A stretch of 64,000 nucleotides of DNA. It comes from Eledone cirrhosa (Eukaryota). The translations under genes were made by a program, and so were the position numbers. A model generated the notes under the pieces. It did not search any database. It was not told the origin of the DNA and saw only the letters and a program-made list of their open reading frames with translations. The stretch lies in contig OZ024740.1 in NCBI GenBank assembly GCA_964016885.1, positions 126,356,001 through 126,420,000 of the forward strand. The letters are read 5' to 3'. Shown here piece by piece: positions 1-14,552 of the stretch; positions within the stretch are counted from its first letter, which is position 1; every line of letters begins with the position of its first letter.

Positions 1-6
1 TATATA

Positions 7-50
<44 letters not shown>

Positions 51-888
51 GTGTGTGTTTGTGTGTGTCGGTCTTTCTTTCAGTCTACCTTGCTTCCGAA
101 GTGTCTTGTAGGTTTTATTTTAATATATCTCTCTCTTCTTGTCTGTTTGTCTCTCCATTGTTTACTACATTTATATCTCCATCCATCGTCTGTATATCAA
201 CTGAACAGTTAACGTTGTTAACATTAAATTGAACGAGGACAGCAGATGTAAGTTCATACTTGAAGAATGAATCTCTGAAACGATTTAAGAGCGGGGTTAA
301 GAAGCTTTACAATATGTTTAATAAGTTTCTTACCAACTGAATCATTTCTAAAACGTATCATGTTTTGAGATTAGAAGAAAAAAAATCAATCTTATTCCAT
401 ATCTTACATTGATAATATAATGACCTGCATCGTAGATATTTGTCACAAACATACTTACTCGGTTTAACACCACTAACTGGTTGCTGTGTGATTTAGTGAA
501 GCCCATGGAATTGCATATATCTGGACCATGTAGCTAAACCAAATAAAACACAAGTCTTTGTGTGTAATATTTCTCAATAGATCAACAAAATGATCACGGA
601 CATTTCCAACCCGCGTCCGTCTGAAATACGATAAAATAGATAAATAGAAAAATTTACGTTCAGTGAAAGAAACATAACATACTTTTTTAGATTTCAAAGC
701 ATTCATCTTTTTTTATATTAACGTTGAAAGCATTGACATCTGAATGTGTCAGTCGACCCATTGCTTCTATGAAACTATAATGTCTTATCCCTCAGAATAT
801 CATTGAGCAAGATATCACGACATGGTTTCAATGTGTAAGTTGAACGATTTCTCCTTAATTAGGTCAAACACGAAAACAAAACACATTT

Positions 889-1075
889 GGATTGGCAGTA
901 TCGGTAGAGGGTCGGACGCCATGCTTTGAAGCATATAGTTACCTCCCTGTATGACCTGCGTTCAAATCCCGCCCAGGTTAACTATGCCATTCATACTTAC
1001 AGGGTCAATAAAATAAAGTACCAGTGATGCACTGGATAATTGCTGGCCTTGTGCCAAAAGTAGAAACAATTATTA
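889..1075 (+). mobile_element. tRNA-derived SINE (family 1)
   Basis: A-box-like TTGGCAGTATCGG, B-box-like GTTCAAATCCC, body ...gggtcaataaaataaagtaccagt...gctggccttgtgccaaaagtagaaac and a short (ATT) tail; at least five more copies in the window. Confidence 0.8.
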
Positions 1076-1869
1076 CAAAGGCTTTGTGTTTTGGGAATAA
1101 GAAACCAATATTCCGTTCTTTGTAAATCAAACATCCAAATAATTATTAGTATTTCGACCTTTCCAGTGTCTGATTTGCATTAACATTTGTCTACTGATGA
1201 ATATTAATTAATTTGTCTACTGATAAATTTTAATTAATTAAAAGACAGTTCCATCTAAAAATCACAGTTATTATAAATAACATCTATACGGAGAGCTAAG
1301 AAGTAATCGTCAGAGAAGGCATCTATTTCTAAAGCTATTTTCATTTAACAGACGTCACCATTAATATACGCCATTAATATTATCATCCTTTTATATTCCT
1401 CATCACCGGATACCGATGAGATGCCTTTTATAGTCAATGTGATAATATTAAACAGAACAGCAAACAATACATTTGAAACCAATGGAAATCAAATAGAGAC
1501 ATGAAATTTGTAATCAATAAAGACCTGAGCAAAGATCTTTCTTAATTGACCTCATATCGATTGCTACAGTTCTTAGCAGCCGTAGACTAATGTTTGGCTT
1601 TTTCATCTTCGTATCATATTAAAATATGTTTGAAGAGACGAAATCAGTAACAGACCATTGCAATTGTGTCTAAATCATAAATGTGTAATTCTACACATCA
1701 TTATTTTCAGAGACACAATTTACGTGAAATGCGGAAGCATACAAAAAATTTGAAAGCCACGTATTGACAGAAGCTATTACAGATATTTACGGAAATGTTA
1801 CTTTGTTATTAAATCTTAACACAATCTCACACACACATTCACCTACAAACACAAGCAAAAAATCAGACA

Positions 1870-1910
<41 letters not shown>

Positions 1911-1963
1911 TAATACAAACAATGAAATAAAAACCAAGAACAGGTTCCTTATAATAAAAGAAA

Positions 1964-2106
1964 TCATCATTTTACGATCGTTTCTGAGATATATATGTAT
2001 GTGTTGGTATGTATATCATATTAAAGATCTATGTAAAACAATATTACAAATTATCAGAGGAGATATACATACCTTCACTTATATATGCCATCTTCAGAAA
2101 TGATGA
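1964..2106 (-). ncRNA. Type I hammerhead ribozyme (long stem II insertion)
   Basis: Minus strand: tcatcattt-CTGAAGA-tgg..~100 nt..tca-GAAA-cgatcg-TA-aaatgatga; 9-bp stem I, palindromic stem III. Confidence 0.8.
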
Positions 2107-3122
2107 AGTATGTTTATTGAAAGAAAGTATTAATACAAAAAGGCTGTTTGGGAACAGGTTTTGATTTGACCAATAGAAAAGAGTTAGAGGTCAAGTTGAT
2201 AGAATAACATTAGTAGAAACTTTATGCTAGGAGTGGAGGAATGTAAATGTATGCTTTGAATGAAAAGAATACAATGGGGAAGAGAAGGGTAGGGTTTAAA
2301 ATAAGGTGAAGTCAATGCGATAGTGTAGGATTCCCCCCACAAATTGATGTTATTAAAGAATGTTGTTAAAAGCATAGGAAAAAGAATTTTTTGTGGGGTG
2401 AGTATGTTAGTGAGAAATACTACTCATGTTTAAATTTCAAGGAAGATAAAAGGAAATTAAATTAATTGATAGGTATAGATACAGAGTTAAAATTATACTT
2501 ATTCTTATTGATGTGATAAATTAAGATCTAAAAAAAAAAAAATAAAAAAGAATATATATAGAAAGATTGAAATAGATAAATTTTATAAAAAGTAGTGTAT
2601 CTATCTAAACATGCATAATATTAAAGATATTAATTATATTTACTAATTCCAGGTATTGAATGGTATATATAGGGGATGCGGTTAAAAGAAGTAGTTAGGT
2701 TAAAGATAAGTTTAGGTAAAGTGAGCTGCTAGAGGGAAATAACATTATGAATTTTAACTCAATTAATTTAATTTCTTTTTATGTTCCTTGAAATTTAAAC
2801 ATGTGTAGTATTTCTCTCTAACACATCTCACCCCACAAAAAATTATTTTCCCTATGCTTTTAACAACATTCTTTAATAACATCAATTTTTTGGAAGAATC
2901 CTACACTATCGCATTGACTTGATCTCATTTTAAACCCTACCCTTGTCTTCCCCATTGTATTCTTTTCATTCAAAGCATAAATTTACATTCCTCCACTCCT
3001 AGCATAAAGTTTCTACTACGGTTATTCTATCAACTTGACCTCTAACTATTTTCTATTGGTCAATTCAAAACCTGTTCCCAAACAGCCTTTTTGTATTAAT
3101 ACTTTCTTTCAATAAACATACT

Positions 3123-3265
3123 TCATCATTTCTGAAGATGGCATATATAAATGAAGGTATGTATATCTCCTCTGACAATTTGCAATATTTTTTTACATAG
3201 ATCTTTAATATGATATACATACCAACACACACATATATATCCCAGAAACGATCGTAAAATGATGA
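3123..3265 (+). ncRNA. Type I hammerhead ribozyme (long stem II insertion)
   Basis: tcatcattt-CTGAAGA-tgg..cca-GAAA-cgatcg-TA-aaatgatga. Confidence 0.82.
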
Positions 3266-3470
3266 TTTTTTTTTAAATCATTCTTTGTTTTTATTTCATT
3301 GTTTTTATTAATTTATCTTGACTCTGTTTTCCTTTGATTTTTATCGTAAAATTTTGAATTAGTAAAAAGTAAAATAAAATGCTGACAACTTTTTCCCAGT
3401 GAAAAATAGTTTAATTAGGAATAAGTATAAATTAGTAATAAGTATTAGTGAGTATTCAGTTTTAGTTTTA

Positions 3471-3515
3471 AATTTTTACCGGTTGCGCATTTCTAATGCT
3501 TTTCAAAAATAATTT
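3471..3515 (-). ncRNA. Variant hammerhead-like motif in pseudo-LTR (U3-A8 core, GAAA>GCAA)
   Basis: ttt-TTGAAAA-gcatt aga aatgc-GCAA-ccgg-TA-aaa; related, more decayed copies at ~8540-8585 (-) and ~11560-11600 (+). Confidence 0.45.
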
Positions 3516-4859
3516 TGAGATAGAGCGCTCGTGATTTTTGCTCTAATCTGATCAGTTTTGGAAATTCTTCCTGTTTTATGTGAAAAAAGTGGCTCCAAAG
3601 GTATTAATATTTGGTTGGTGGTTGAATGTCACGTGAATAAGCGCTATAAATTTGGCGCCAATTCGTGTTGCAAAAATTCTTGTAGTCAAAACAATTTTGA
3701 TTGGTCGGTAAAAATCACGTGAATGTTAAAATTGATTTTAGCAGGAAATGGTTTAGCGCCAAATGTAGGTTTGTCGAAGAGTGTCCTTTTCCGCTTGATT
3801 GAATTGCAGTCATGTTGAGAGATCACTGAAAAACATGTCTATTAAGACAAATATTTGTGTGTGAGTCTGTGTGTGTGTGTAATAAATTGGTTCATTGTTG
3901 TGATAATTGTTTCTACTTTTGGCACAAGGCCAGCAATTACCCAGTACAAATGGTCAGTAGGCATGTGTGTGTACGTGTGTGAGTTGCAGCCATGTTGAAA
4001 GGTCAACAGTTCAGGTGTCTATTAAGACAAATATGTGTGTGGGGGGTGGGTGTGTCTGTGTGTGTGTAGCAGAGTGGTTCATTGTTTTGATGATTGGAAT
4101 GAATCGGTCAGTAGGGATGTGTGTGTACGTGTGTGTGTGTGCGGGGGGGGGGTTATTTTAACACGTTGAAACATATTTTTCACACCTTGTCTTATACGGA
4201 GATGTGTGTGTGTATGTGTCTGTGTATGTGTCTGTCTGTATGTTAGTGTACGCGTGTGTATGTGTGTGTGTATGTATACACGCGTGTGTATGTGTGTGTG
4301 TGTGTATACACATAGACCCCATATATATACATACAACATATATACACATACACACCGTATATCACACACACAACATATATACACACACACACCATTTATC
4401 ACACACACACCATATATCACACACACACACACACAACATGGATCAGTGTTTTTGTGGTACTGGTAAAAGTGCGAACATTATTCGATATTTTCAGTCATTT
4501 GCAAAAACGATTTTCTGAAATGACGTATAGTATTGTGATAACACCGAGGTGTGTGTGAGTGTCCAAATTGTACGTACTGCAAGGGGAATCCGTTAGGCCC
4601 TGCCATCTGGGATACTTGTGTACAAATATGTATGTCCCCATCAATGTGCAATACATGTGTGCGTATGTGTATGTGTGTGTGTCGGCATGTGTATATCTAT
4701 AAACATCAAAAGGTGTGCAAATTTGCGTATATTTGTGTTGCGTCATAGGACATGTGTGTTTACGTATGTCATTGTATTTATATGTGGATAGAAATGTATG
4801 TAGAGTGTATGCTGATGTAGGTATGTATGTTGACGCGTGTATGTTGTAGGTTCGTCTTA

Positions 4860-7800
4860 GGGAGAAGTGTTTAGACGGGGTCCGTATTTGTTAATAAAGT
4901 GAGATCCCTTGCTGATTCGCTGGGTGTGGGTGGCATTATCTTTAAATTTATAGAAGCGAAAGATTCTAAAGTTGGGATGATTTTGGGCGGCACAGGTATC
5001 AATGTGTTCACTCAGTAGTATTTTTTATGTATTCCCGTATTTTGATTTGGGATCTATCGACAGTCATGGGTTGGCGGAGGCTGTTTTTAGTTTGGCCTAT
5101 GTATTGTTCTCGACAACCTGAGAAAGTTAATACATATATTAGGTTTTCTGATGCGGATGTGAAATTGTGTTTTACTATGAAATGTTGTCCTTGTTTGAAA
5201 TAGAATTCCGAACCATCTATTAGGTTGATGCATATGCCACAGTTGGATCTATCGCATTTTTTTTACTATGGGTTTCGTGGTTGTGGTTGGCAGTACTTCG
5301 GCATGTGTTAAGATGTTTTTCATTGACTTACATTGTATTTTGCTCTTTATGATATCGTGTGATCGAAGGATTTGGTTCATTCTATGGTCCTCTTTTAACA
5401 CAGGGATGTTCTGGAGGATGGTGTCAAAGGCCTCATTGTTGAGGGGGCTGTGTGTGGAGATGTATGGAAGAGCTTTTAGTTTCGGTTGATTTACTTTAGG
5501 GTGTCTAAGGTCCGGGGTACTGAGTATTAGGGCACGTTGGATTCCATTCTCAATTAGTGATGCAGTGTAGTCCTAATTATGAGTGTGTCCTTTAGTTGTT
5601 GTAGCCGTAAGAAACAGGTGTTTTTATTGGAGACTATAGTACAGATTCTGTTGGCTAAGTTGTAGGGAATATTAATTTTAACATGTCTAGGGTGGCATGA
5701 ATTGAAAGGAAGATATTGCTTGGACTCTGTGGGCTTGTAGTATATTTCTGTTTCTATTTTTTTGTTATGAATCATAATGAGGATGTCGAGGAAGGGGAAT
5801 TGTTGATGGCTGTATTCCATTGTAAAATTAATATTCGTATTGAGCCCATTTATAAGGGTGTGGAATTCTTTAAGTTTCTCGATGTTTTCGTGCCAAAGGA
5901 TGAAGCAGTCATCTAGATATCTCTACCAGTTCTTTTATATGTGTAACTGGAGAGTGTCTCCAAATTTGTTTAGTACTTTAGTGTAGAGGATGATACCAAG
6001 GATCCCATGACTAGGTTGGCATAAGTGGGGGCCATTTTCGTTCCCATAGCGGTCCCAGATTTCTGCCTGTAGAATTTGTTATTGAAAACGAAGTAATTAT
6101 TCTCCAAGACAAATTTGAGTCCTTCTATCACGAATTCTTTTTTGATACGTTGTGGGAGTTGATTGTGGTAATTATCCAGCCAGAATTGGATAGCTTCTAT
6201 TCCTAGGTTGTGGGGGATGTTGAAGTATAGGATGACTACATCGAACGTCACTAGTAGGGTTTGCTCATATTAGGGAGGTGGTTGAGCATATCTAGGTCGT
6301 CCCTTATGTAGCTTTTAATGTGTTTGAGAAAAGGCTTGAGAAGGGTATCAAGGAAGTTGCTAGGGCGGTCGATTTCGCAAGACTGCTATTATAGGTCTTA
6401 ATTTGAGATCATTGGGTGAGGGGACATTGATGACTGTGTCCGTGGCTTCCTTGCATGCCTTACTTATTAATTCGCTTTTATGCACTTTAGGGATACCGTA
6501 GAAAAGGCTGGATTGGTTGATCAGAGTTTTTAGGTTTCTCATAATTTTCTGTTGATTCTAGTGTTCAGCCTTTTCGTAGTATGTTTCGTTCTCAAAAGTG
6601 GAGAGCGCTAAGTTGATATAGAATTCTGTCTCAATTAGGACTACTTCACTCCCTTTATCAGCTTCTTTATTTGTAATAGTTCTGTCGGTTTTTAATCTAT
6701 TTAATTCTTCTCATTCTTTCTTGTTGAGGTTTGGCTTGTGTTTTTGTCTGTGCAAGTGTTGGTAAGGGAAGTTTGTGATGTGTTCACAGAATTCGTCCAG
6801 GATTTTATTACTACCTTTTGAATGGGTGTAGTTGCTTCTATTTCTGGCTAATGATTCATCATAATTGTACTGGCCGAATAGTTCTTCACTGAGTCATAAC
6901 TTTCTACAGAATTCTGTGATGTCTTCCTTCATTTCATAGTAGTTTGGACGTAGGGGTTGGTGTGAATTTAAGACCTTTGGAGAGTAAGTTGATAAGGTTG
7001 GGAGTTGGTTCTGCACTAGTTAGTTTGATCATTTTTATTACTCTCAGTTTCTCCTCCCTGTCTTGTGTTATTTCGTTTGCTTGTATCTGTGTGCTGTGTT
7101 TTTAAAAAAATCCTTGGGGTAGAGGGGTTGTCTGCTGATGTTAAGTAGTCTCCTATGTTTGTTATATTCCTTGTTGTTTTAAAATGTGGTTCGGGTTCGT
7201 GGTAGCGGATTGAATGGTGTGTTCCTGTATTGCGAGTATGGATGTGTATTTTTATGTGCCATGTTGGATTGTGGTGTGATAGGTAGGCTACTTTGATGGT
7301 TATATCGTGTGGTGTGGGTTTGTTGTGTATTGTGGAAGCGAGAGTTGAGAAAATGGAAAATACCTTGCTGTCCGCTTTGGCGGGGAAGTTGTTACATCTA
7401 TCATGGTAGTGAGTGATATCTTTTCCATATGTTTGACGATGAAGGCATCCACGTAGTAGTTGAGTGATTTGGTATGGTATCTCCTTGAAGGGGCAAAGTT
7501 CTAAATGTCATTATGGGGGTGATGATTTCAAGGGTTTTTGTTCCTTCTTATGGAAGTGAGGTTGGGAAATTCATCTTCGGTGTGGTGCTTCCTTCTTTAT
7601 TAGTAGCTGGGGGGTTTGCGAATTTGTTCTGCGGTTGGGTTATGTGTTTTCCTATTTTTATGAACGGGTTTTTGGATGTGTAATCCGTTTGAAAAGTTGA
7701 TTCATAATTTGGGAACCAAGCGGTACTTTTTTCCCAGCGTTGAAGGGATTTCAGCTCCTCTCTGTTGCAGTCATCTTTCCATAATGTAGGGGCCTTCAGA

Positions 7801-8361
7801 CGTATTGTTGATTTCAAGGAGGATCTCTTCATCAATGGTTTTGATTTTTTCCTCATTTGTCTCGGCCCTCAATTTAAGAAGTTGAATTTCTGTCTTCATT
7901 TTTTCCAATGCCATTCTTTCCCTAAGGCGGCTCTCAGGCTCGGGTTCATTTGTAATGGATTTTATTTGTATTTTACATGGGAGAGTTAGAAGGGTGAGTT
8001 AAGCCATTTTTCATATATCTCTGATTTGTTGTGATTTTGTAGCATATTCCAGAATGAGAACTTTCTGACTCTGAGGGATTGTTCCATTTTTGGGTTGTTC
8101 GATTTTCATTTTCAATGAATCAATCTCACATGGTTCTTCATTGGTTTTTCTTGGGTTGGTAGTAGTGAAAATAGTTTGGATAGTATCGCAAAGGTTTTGA
8201 AGTTTATCTCCGATTTCGGAGGGTTTGTATCCGGTAACGGTTTCCTCATTTGTGGAGTCAGGTTTGTCGACTAGCACAGATTGGTTGGTGTTAATTTTCT
8301 TGAGTTCCTGTAGAATCTCTTCATTTATGTTGATAAGAGTTGTATCTATTTTTGTTGCCAT
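4860..8361 (-). pseudogene. PLE ORF (N-terminal region, reverse transcriptase, GIY-YIG endonuclease), multiply frameshifted
   Basis: Fragments FYGIPKVHK..LRPII, FDVVILYFNIP, YRQKSGTAMGTKMAPTYANL, PFLDI..YYKPT..YLPFNSCHP, Cys linker KCDRSNCGIC, NLIYVLT..GCREQYIGQT. Confidence 0.9.
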
Positions 8362-9081
8362 TTTCTGTATCTCGTGTGGGGATATGATATTTAAAAAATA
8401 GAGGTGTGACACACGAGTTGTGATATATTAGTAAAAAGGAAATGAAAATGCTACCAAATTTTTTCCACTGAAAAATAGCTTAATTAGGAATAACTATAAA
8501 TTAGTAATACGTATTAGTTAGTATTCAGATTTAGTTTTAAGTTATTACTGGTTGTGCATTTCTAATGCTTTTCAAAAATAATTTTGGGATAGAGCGCTCG
8601 TGATTTTTGCTCTAATCTGATCAGTTTTGGAAATTTTTCCTGTTTTATGTGAAAAAAGTGGCTCCAGACGTATTAAGATTTGGTTGGTTGTTGAACGTCA
8701 CGTGAATAAGCACTATAAATATCGCGCCAATACGTGTTGCAAAAATTCTTGTAGTCAAAACAATGTTGATTGGTCGGTAGAAGTCACGGGAATGGCAAAA
8801 TTTATTTTAGCGCGAATGGTTTTGCGCCAAATATAGGTTTGTCGAAGAGTGTCCTTTTACGCTTGATTGAGTTGCAGTCATGTTGAGAGATCACTGAAAA
8901 TATGTCTATTAAGACAACTATGTGTGTTTGTGTGTGAGTGTGTGTGTGTGTATTAAATTGCTTGATTGTTGTGATAATGGTCAGTAGGGATGTGTGTGTA
9001 CGTGTGTGAGTTGCATCATGTTGAAAGGTCAACAGTTCACGTGTCTATTAAGACAAATATGTGTGTGTGTGCGTATGTGTG

Positions 9082-9356
<275 letters not shown>

Positions 9357-9937
9357 CAATGAGTAAAACATATGTAAAAAAAAGTCTTATTAGTTTCCCG
9401 CTTTATATGGAAAAGAGGAAAGAAAGTTTAAAATGTCGGGCTTAAGCTGTTCTTCATGAGTACAAAATAGATTCAGGATCACAAAGAAACCGAAGTCCAT
9501 GAGATCCAAGTAACGAAAATCAAACGAAAATGAAGATTGTACACAAGATATTGGGTATTCTTGGTAAAATATATATATATATATATATAAACTATATATA
9601 AACTATATATATACGAACACTCATTACTTTTAACGGTATCTTATAAACTCGTATAAGTGCCCGAAGATTCCGTCAGAAATTTGATCCCTCTTATATTCTG
9701 GAGATATGGTCTATTTTGGGCCTTGAAACCATAAGTAGGCTTTCATTCCGCGTATGATCTTAAATCAATAATACAATATATCAGCTCTCTTCCCGATTGA
9801 GCACTGAGTTCCTTTTCTTTTCCTTTTTCACTTCTGCAGATATTTCTACTCACACACACACATACACACACACACACATACACACACACACATACATACA
9901 TATATACATATATATATATGTATGTATGTATATATAC

Positions 9938-10040
<103 letters not shown>

Positions 10041-10341
10041 GATATATATATATATATACATATATATATAAAGAATTAATATCTAGTAACATATATATAC
10101 ATACAGATGCATATCAATGCTAGCAAATATATAGGTTTTGTCTTAGTAACTTTGTGGTTCAATGCATGGGGTTGCAGAACAATAATATGAGAGACGTAAA
10201 ATAAGAAAATTATAAAATTAACTTACTTACTAAAATATCACTTCCAACTAATTAGTTTCTGGAATGGAATAAATATATTTTCCGGAGAAAACATAAGTTT
10301 CCAGAGTCCACGCTTTGCCTGGCTACTTAGATAAGAATAGT

Positions 10342-10421
10342 CTTCCCTGACGACGGAATGATTCTCAATGTTTTCTCCGGAAAATATATTTATTCCATTC
10401 CAGAAACTAATTAGTTGGAAG
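10342..10421 (+). ncRNA. Type I hammerhead ribozyme
   Basis: cttcc-CTGACGA-cggaatg..cattcca-GAAA-ctaattag-TT-ggaag. Confidence 0.85.
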
Positions 10422-10863
10422 TGATATTTTAGTATATAAGTTAATTTTATAATTTTCTTATTTTACGTCTCTCATATTATTGTTCTGCAACCCCATGCAT
10501 TGAACCACAAAGTTACTAAGACAAAACCTATATATTTGCTAGCATTGATATGCATCTGTATGTATATATATGTTACTAGATATTAATTCTTTATAATTAT
10601 CTCCAAATTATTTGTCGAGCAATATTGGCCATGACTGCTGCTATGGTAGCAGGCAGGCCGCTGTCTTATTAGCAAACCACTTTCCACTGATTGACCTCGA
10701 TGTCACGTGATTGATTCTTTTTGAATTTGCCACCGACGCAGAGGCAGTGATTTTCTCAATGGCTAGGAATTCAGTCCACGCTTTGCTATTTTCTATCCAC
10801 TGAATTATTTTTTAATAAGTTTCCAGAGTCCACGCTTTGCCTGGATACTTAGATGAGAATAGT

Positions 10864-10942
10864 CTTCACTGACGACGGAATGATTCTCCATGTTTTCTCC
10901 GGAAAATATATTTATTCCATTCCAGAAATTAATTAGTTGGAA
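10864..10942 (+). ncRNA. Type I hammerhead ribozyme (second tandem copy, stem I mismatches)
   Basis: cttca-CTGACGA-cggaatg..cattcca-GAAA-ttaattag-TT-ggaa; 522 nt downstream of the first copy. Confidence 0.7.
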
Positions 10943-10994
10943 ATGATATTTTAGTATATAAGTTAATTTTATAATTTTCTTATGTTACGTCTCT

Positions 10995-11305
<311 letters not shown>

Positions 11306-11335
11306 TAAAATAACAGATTAAAATTTAAGCAAAGA

Positions 11336-11483
<148 letters not shown>

Positions 11484-11521
11484 CTGTGTGTGTCTGTGTG
11501 TGTCTGTGTGTGTGTATATGA

Positions 11522-11712
11522 TAAGATTAGAGCAAAAATCACGAGCGCTCTATCTCAAAATTATTTTTGAAAGCATTAGAAATGCGCAACCGGTAAAAAC
11601 TTAAAACTAAAACTGTATACTAACCAATACTTATTACAAATTTATACTTATTCCTAATTAAACTATTTTTCACTGGGAAAAATGTGTCAGCATTTTCTTT
11701 TCCTTTAACTAA
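11522..11712 (+). mobile_element. Solo fragment of the pseudo-LTR 3' end of the 3359-9082 PLE family
   Basis: Reverse complement of ~3359-3550; lies between (TG)n and (TA)n. Confidence 0.8.
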
Positions 11713-12008
11713 TATATATATATATATATAGATATAAGCAGAGAGGGATATAGAATTTGTTGGTAATTCAACAAACATAAATGTTTATAACTGATTCAGA
11801 GCACTCAATAGATTTCTGGAGTATAATACATAATGATATTAAATAAATAGAATCTATATTTCTAAAAGCATATTTATTCTATTACATATATTTGAAGGGT
11901 ACCAACATTTTGGTACGTTATCATTATATAAAATATAACATGTTTTATAAATATTTGAAATAACCTAGGATAATATACCTTAAAGGTTCAAGCTATCCCT
12001 GGAAAAGT

Positions 12009-12159
<151 letters not shown>

Positions 12160-12162
12160 TGT

Positions 12163-12194
<32 letters not shown>

Positions 12195-12779
12195 AAATAT
12201 GTGTGTGTTTGTGTGTCTGAATACCTGTGTACGTATCTACTCATGTCTATATGGATATATGTACGGACCCTTAACTCCAGGTGTTGTAGGATTACGGTAA
12301 TGAAACATGTAATATTAAGGATATCTTTAAAATCTGGCGATATCTATCCCCTCTTCTAATCTTTGCACAGCCAAACTTCTTCCAGAGAAGGAGAGGGAGA
12401 GAGAAAAAAAAGAGAACGTGAGGAAGAGATAAAGAATTAGAATCGACTTCAGTACTGGAATGGTACTTCTTTTATCGACGTTAAAAAAATGAAAGACCTT
12501 AGCGTGATTTTCAGTGAGTGCATTTATCCGAAACGAATACGGAAGAGCATTCTTTCTGAAACAACACTTATCAACTAATGATAATCTAGAATGCTTATGA
12601 CTGTACAAATTGTATACTGCTTTCTTTCTTCTGTGTTACGAATTATAGTGCATCGCAGATATTTCAGTTCGTTACTCTATATTTTTCACGTATGTCATCC
12701 TCCAGGAATTGGCAGATTTAATCTAATTGTACGACGTATAATAATGAACTGGCGTTTAATCTGGTAGAAGAGCTATCGA

Positions 12780-12846
12780 AAAATGTGTATTAACAAAAAA
12801 TGTGTATTAACAACAAATGTGTATTAACAACAAATGTGTATTAACT
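12780..12846. repeat. 17-bp minisatellite, ~4 copies
   Basis: (aaatgtgtattaacaac) repeated. Confidence 0.85.
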
Positions 12847-13768
12847 CAGACGTTCTTAACATTATAACAAACATTTACATTACAATATATATTTAATTAA
12901 CAGGTTTCATTTTATCATTATTAGTCAAAGAGTGATTGGTAGTGCTCATGATCCTTCTCGCGGCCTCTGAGACACATGGGAGGGTGAGATAATATATTCT
13001 CAACTGAAAATATCAGGGTTTAATCCTTACATCAAATTAAGCTCTGTTCTCCACGACAAAGTGCTTCATACTGTGTTAAATCAAGCGACATATTATGACT
13101 GCTAACGAAAACACTGCAATACATAACATATATTTGTGCCTGCTACCATACTTAATATAATGAACCGACAATTGTTGTGAATCAGTTGAAATTATAAAGG
13201 CGATTAGAAGAATTTCTACGAAATTGACTGAAATTGCCCTAAAAAACAAACAAAACAAAGGCAATCTTTTAAGGAATGTTAATTTATTAAAGTTTGAAGG
13301 ATGGGAGTGTATTTTACATTCGGTAAATGTCGTGCAAGTTCTAGATATATTTACGTTTTGTTAGACATCTTCAATAAAGTCCGTGCAGTTCGCAGCTACT
13401 CAGAATGATAAAACGATATAGTTTGGTGAAATTGATTCTCTAATGAATTATATTGAAATAATGATATTGAAATAATCTGCTAAGGGTGCTCTTCTGTTAA
13501 AAAACCTTACAGTTACGTGTAGACTAACGTACTTAATGTGATGAGTCGATGAAAAGTTTAAATCAATTGAAATTATAAATGTAATGAGAATAACAGTGAC
13601 TATTGTTAATGTAAATTACTTTTAAGAGAGCCAAGTGAGAGAAGAGGGTGAATTAGTTACCTGGCAGCAGATAGTATGTTCTCTTTCCTTTTCTTTATCT
13701 CCTCTCCCGCCCCCCTATCTCTCTCTCTCGTTCTCTTTCTCTCATACATATCTCACTCTTCCTGTATT

Positions 13769-13800
<32 letters not shown>

Positions 13801-14552
13801 AAGAGAGAGACCGGAAGGGATGTACACACACAGACAGGCACACACACACGCATATATATATATATATATATATATAGAATACATAAACAGAGAAAGCCTT
13901 AAGCGATACTCCGACCAATTCCATCTCCCTCAACAAACATAAGGATATACTTAAGTATTATCCCAATTTAGTGTTTGAGGTGCTAACTAATCAGTATTTC
14001 GTGGAAAATTGGTTGTATTATTTTATATGAGACATTATTAAATAAATATCTTTTTCTTCCAGACGGCCGTTTCGTCATAAGATTTCTACAAATTGGGATA
14101 AATAATTTCCAGGTTATATATATACAATATTATTACTAATATATGTATATATATATATATTTATTAGTAAAAAGGAAAAGAAAATGCTGACAAATGTGTA
14201 GGACACCTCGTTTTTTTTTTCATTTTGCAAAAAAACCTGGATTTCTAATAATATATATATATATATATGTGAATATCTTTAAGTCGTTTGGAAGCTTCGA
14301 CAATGCAAATGGGTAAATCTCCGGGTAACAAGGTCCGCTAGCTGTCAGTCCATTCTCTGCCTGTTTGTTAAATGTTACTGTGTGTGTGCGTGTGTTGTTG
14401 TCTCGCTTGAGTGTGTGTGTGTGTGTGTGCGTGTGTTATAGCCTTTTTCCTCTGTATTGGCAGTGTAGTATGTTCGTATGGTGGAATGCTACTGTGTGTG
14501 TGTGTAGTTGTCTCGTTTGTGTGTGTTGTGTGTTGTTGCATCGCTTGTTAAC

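Larger units (their letters stand above)
1908..3313. mobile_element. Fold-back element: two ~560 bp inverted arms (1908-2469 / 2759-3313), each with a hammerhead; probable inverted PLE pseudo-LTR pair
   Basis: Arms are reverse complements with scattered mismatches; left end abuts (TA)n; no ORF. Confidence 0.8.

Noticed and set aside
9625-9680. HHR-like traces here and at ~260, ~34980, ~36365, ~40330 and ~53895
   Set aside because: Two or more core positions, or an entire half, are missing; counted only as possible decayed relics.
12780-12846. CRISPR-like repeats
   Set aside because: No unique spacers, no cas genes, eukaryotic context; it is a minisatellite.
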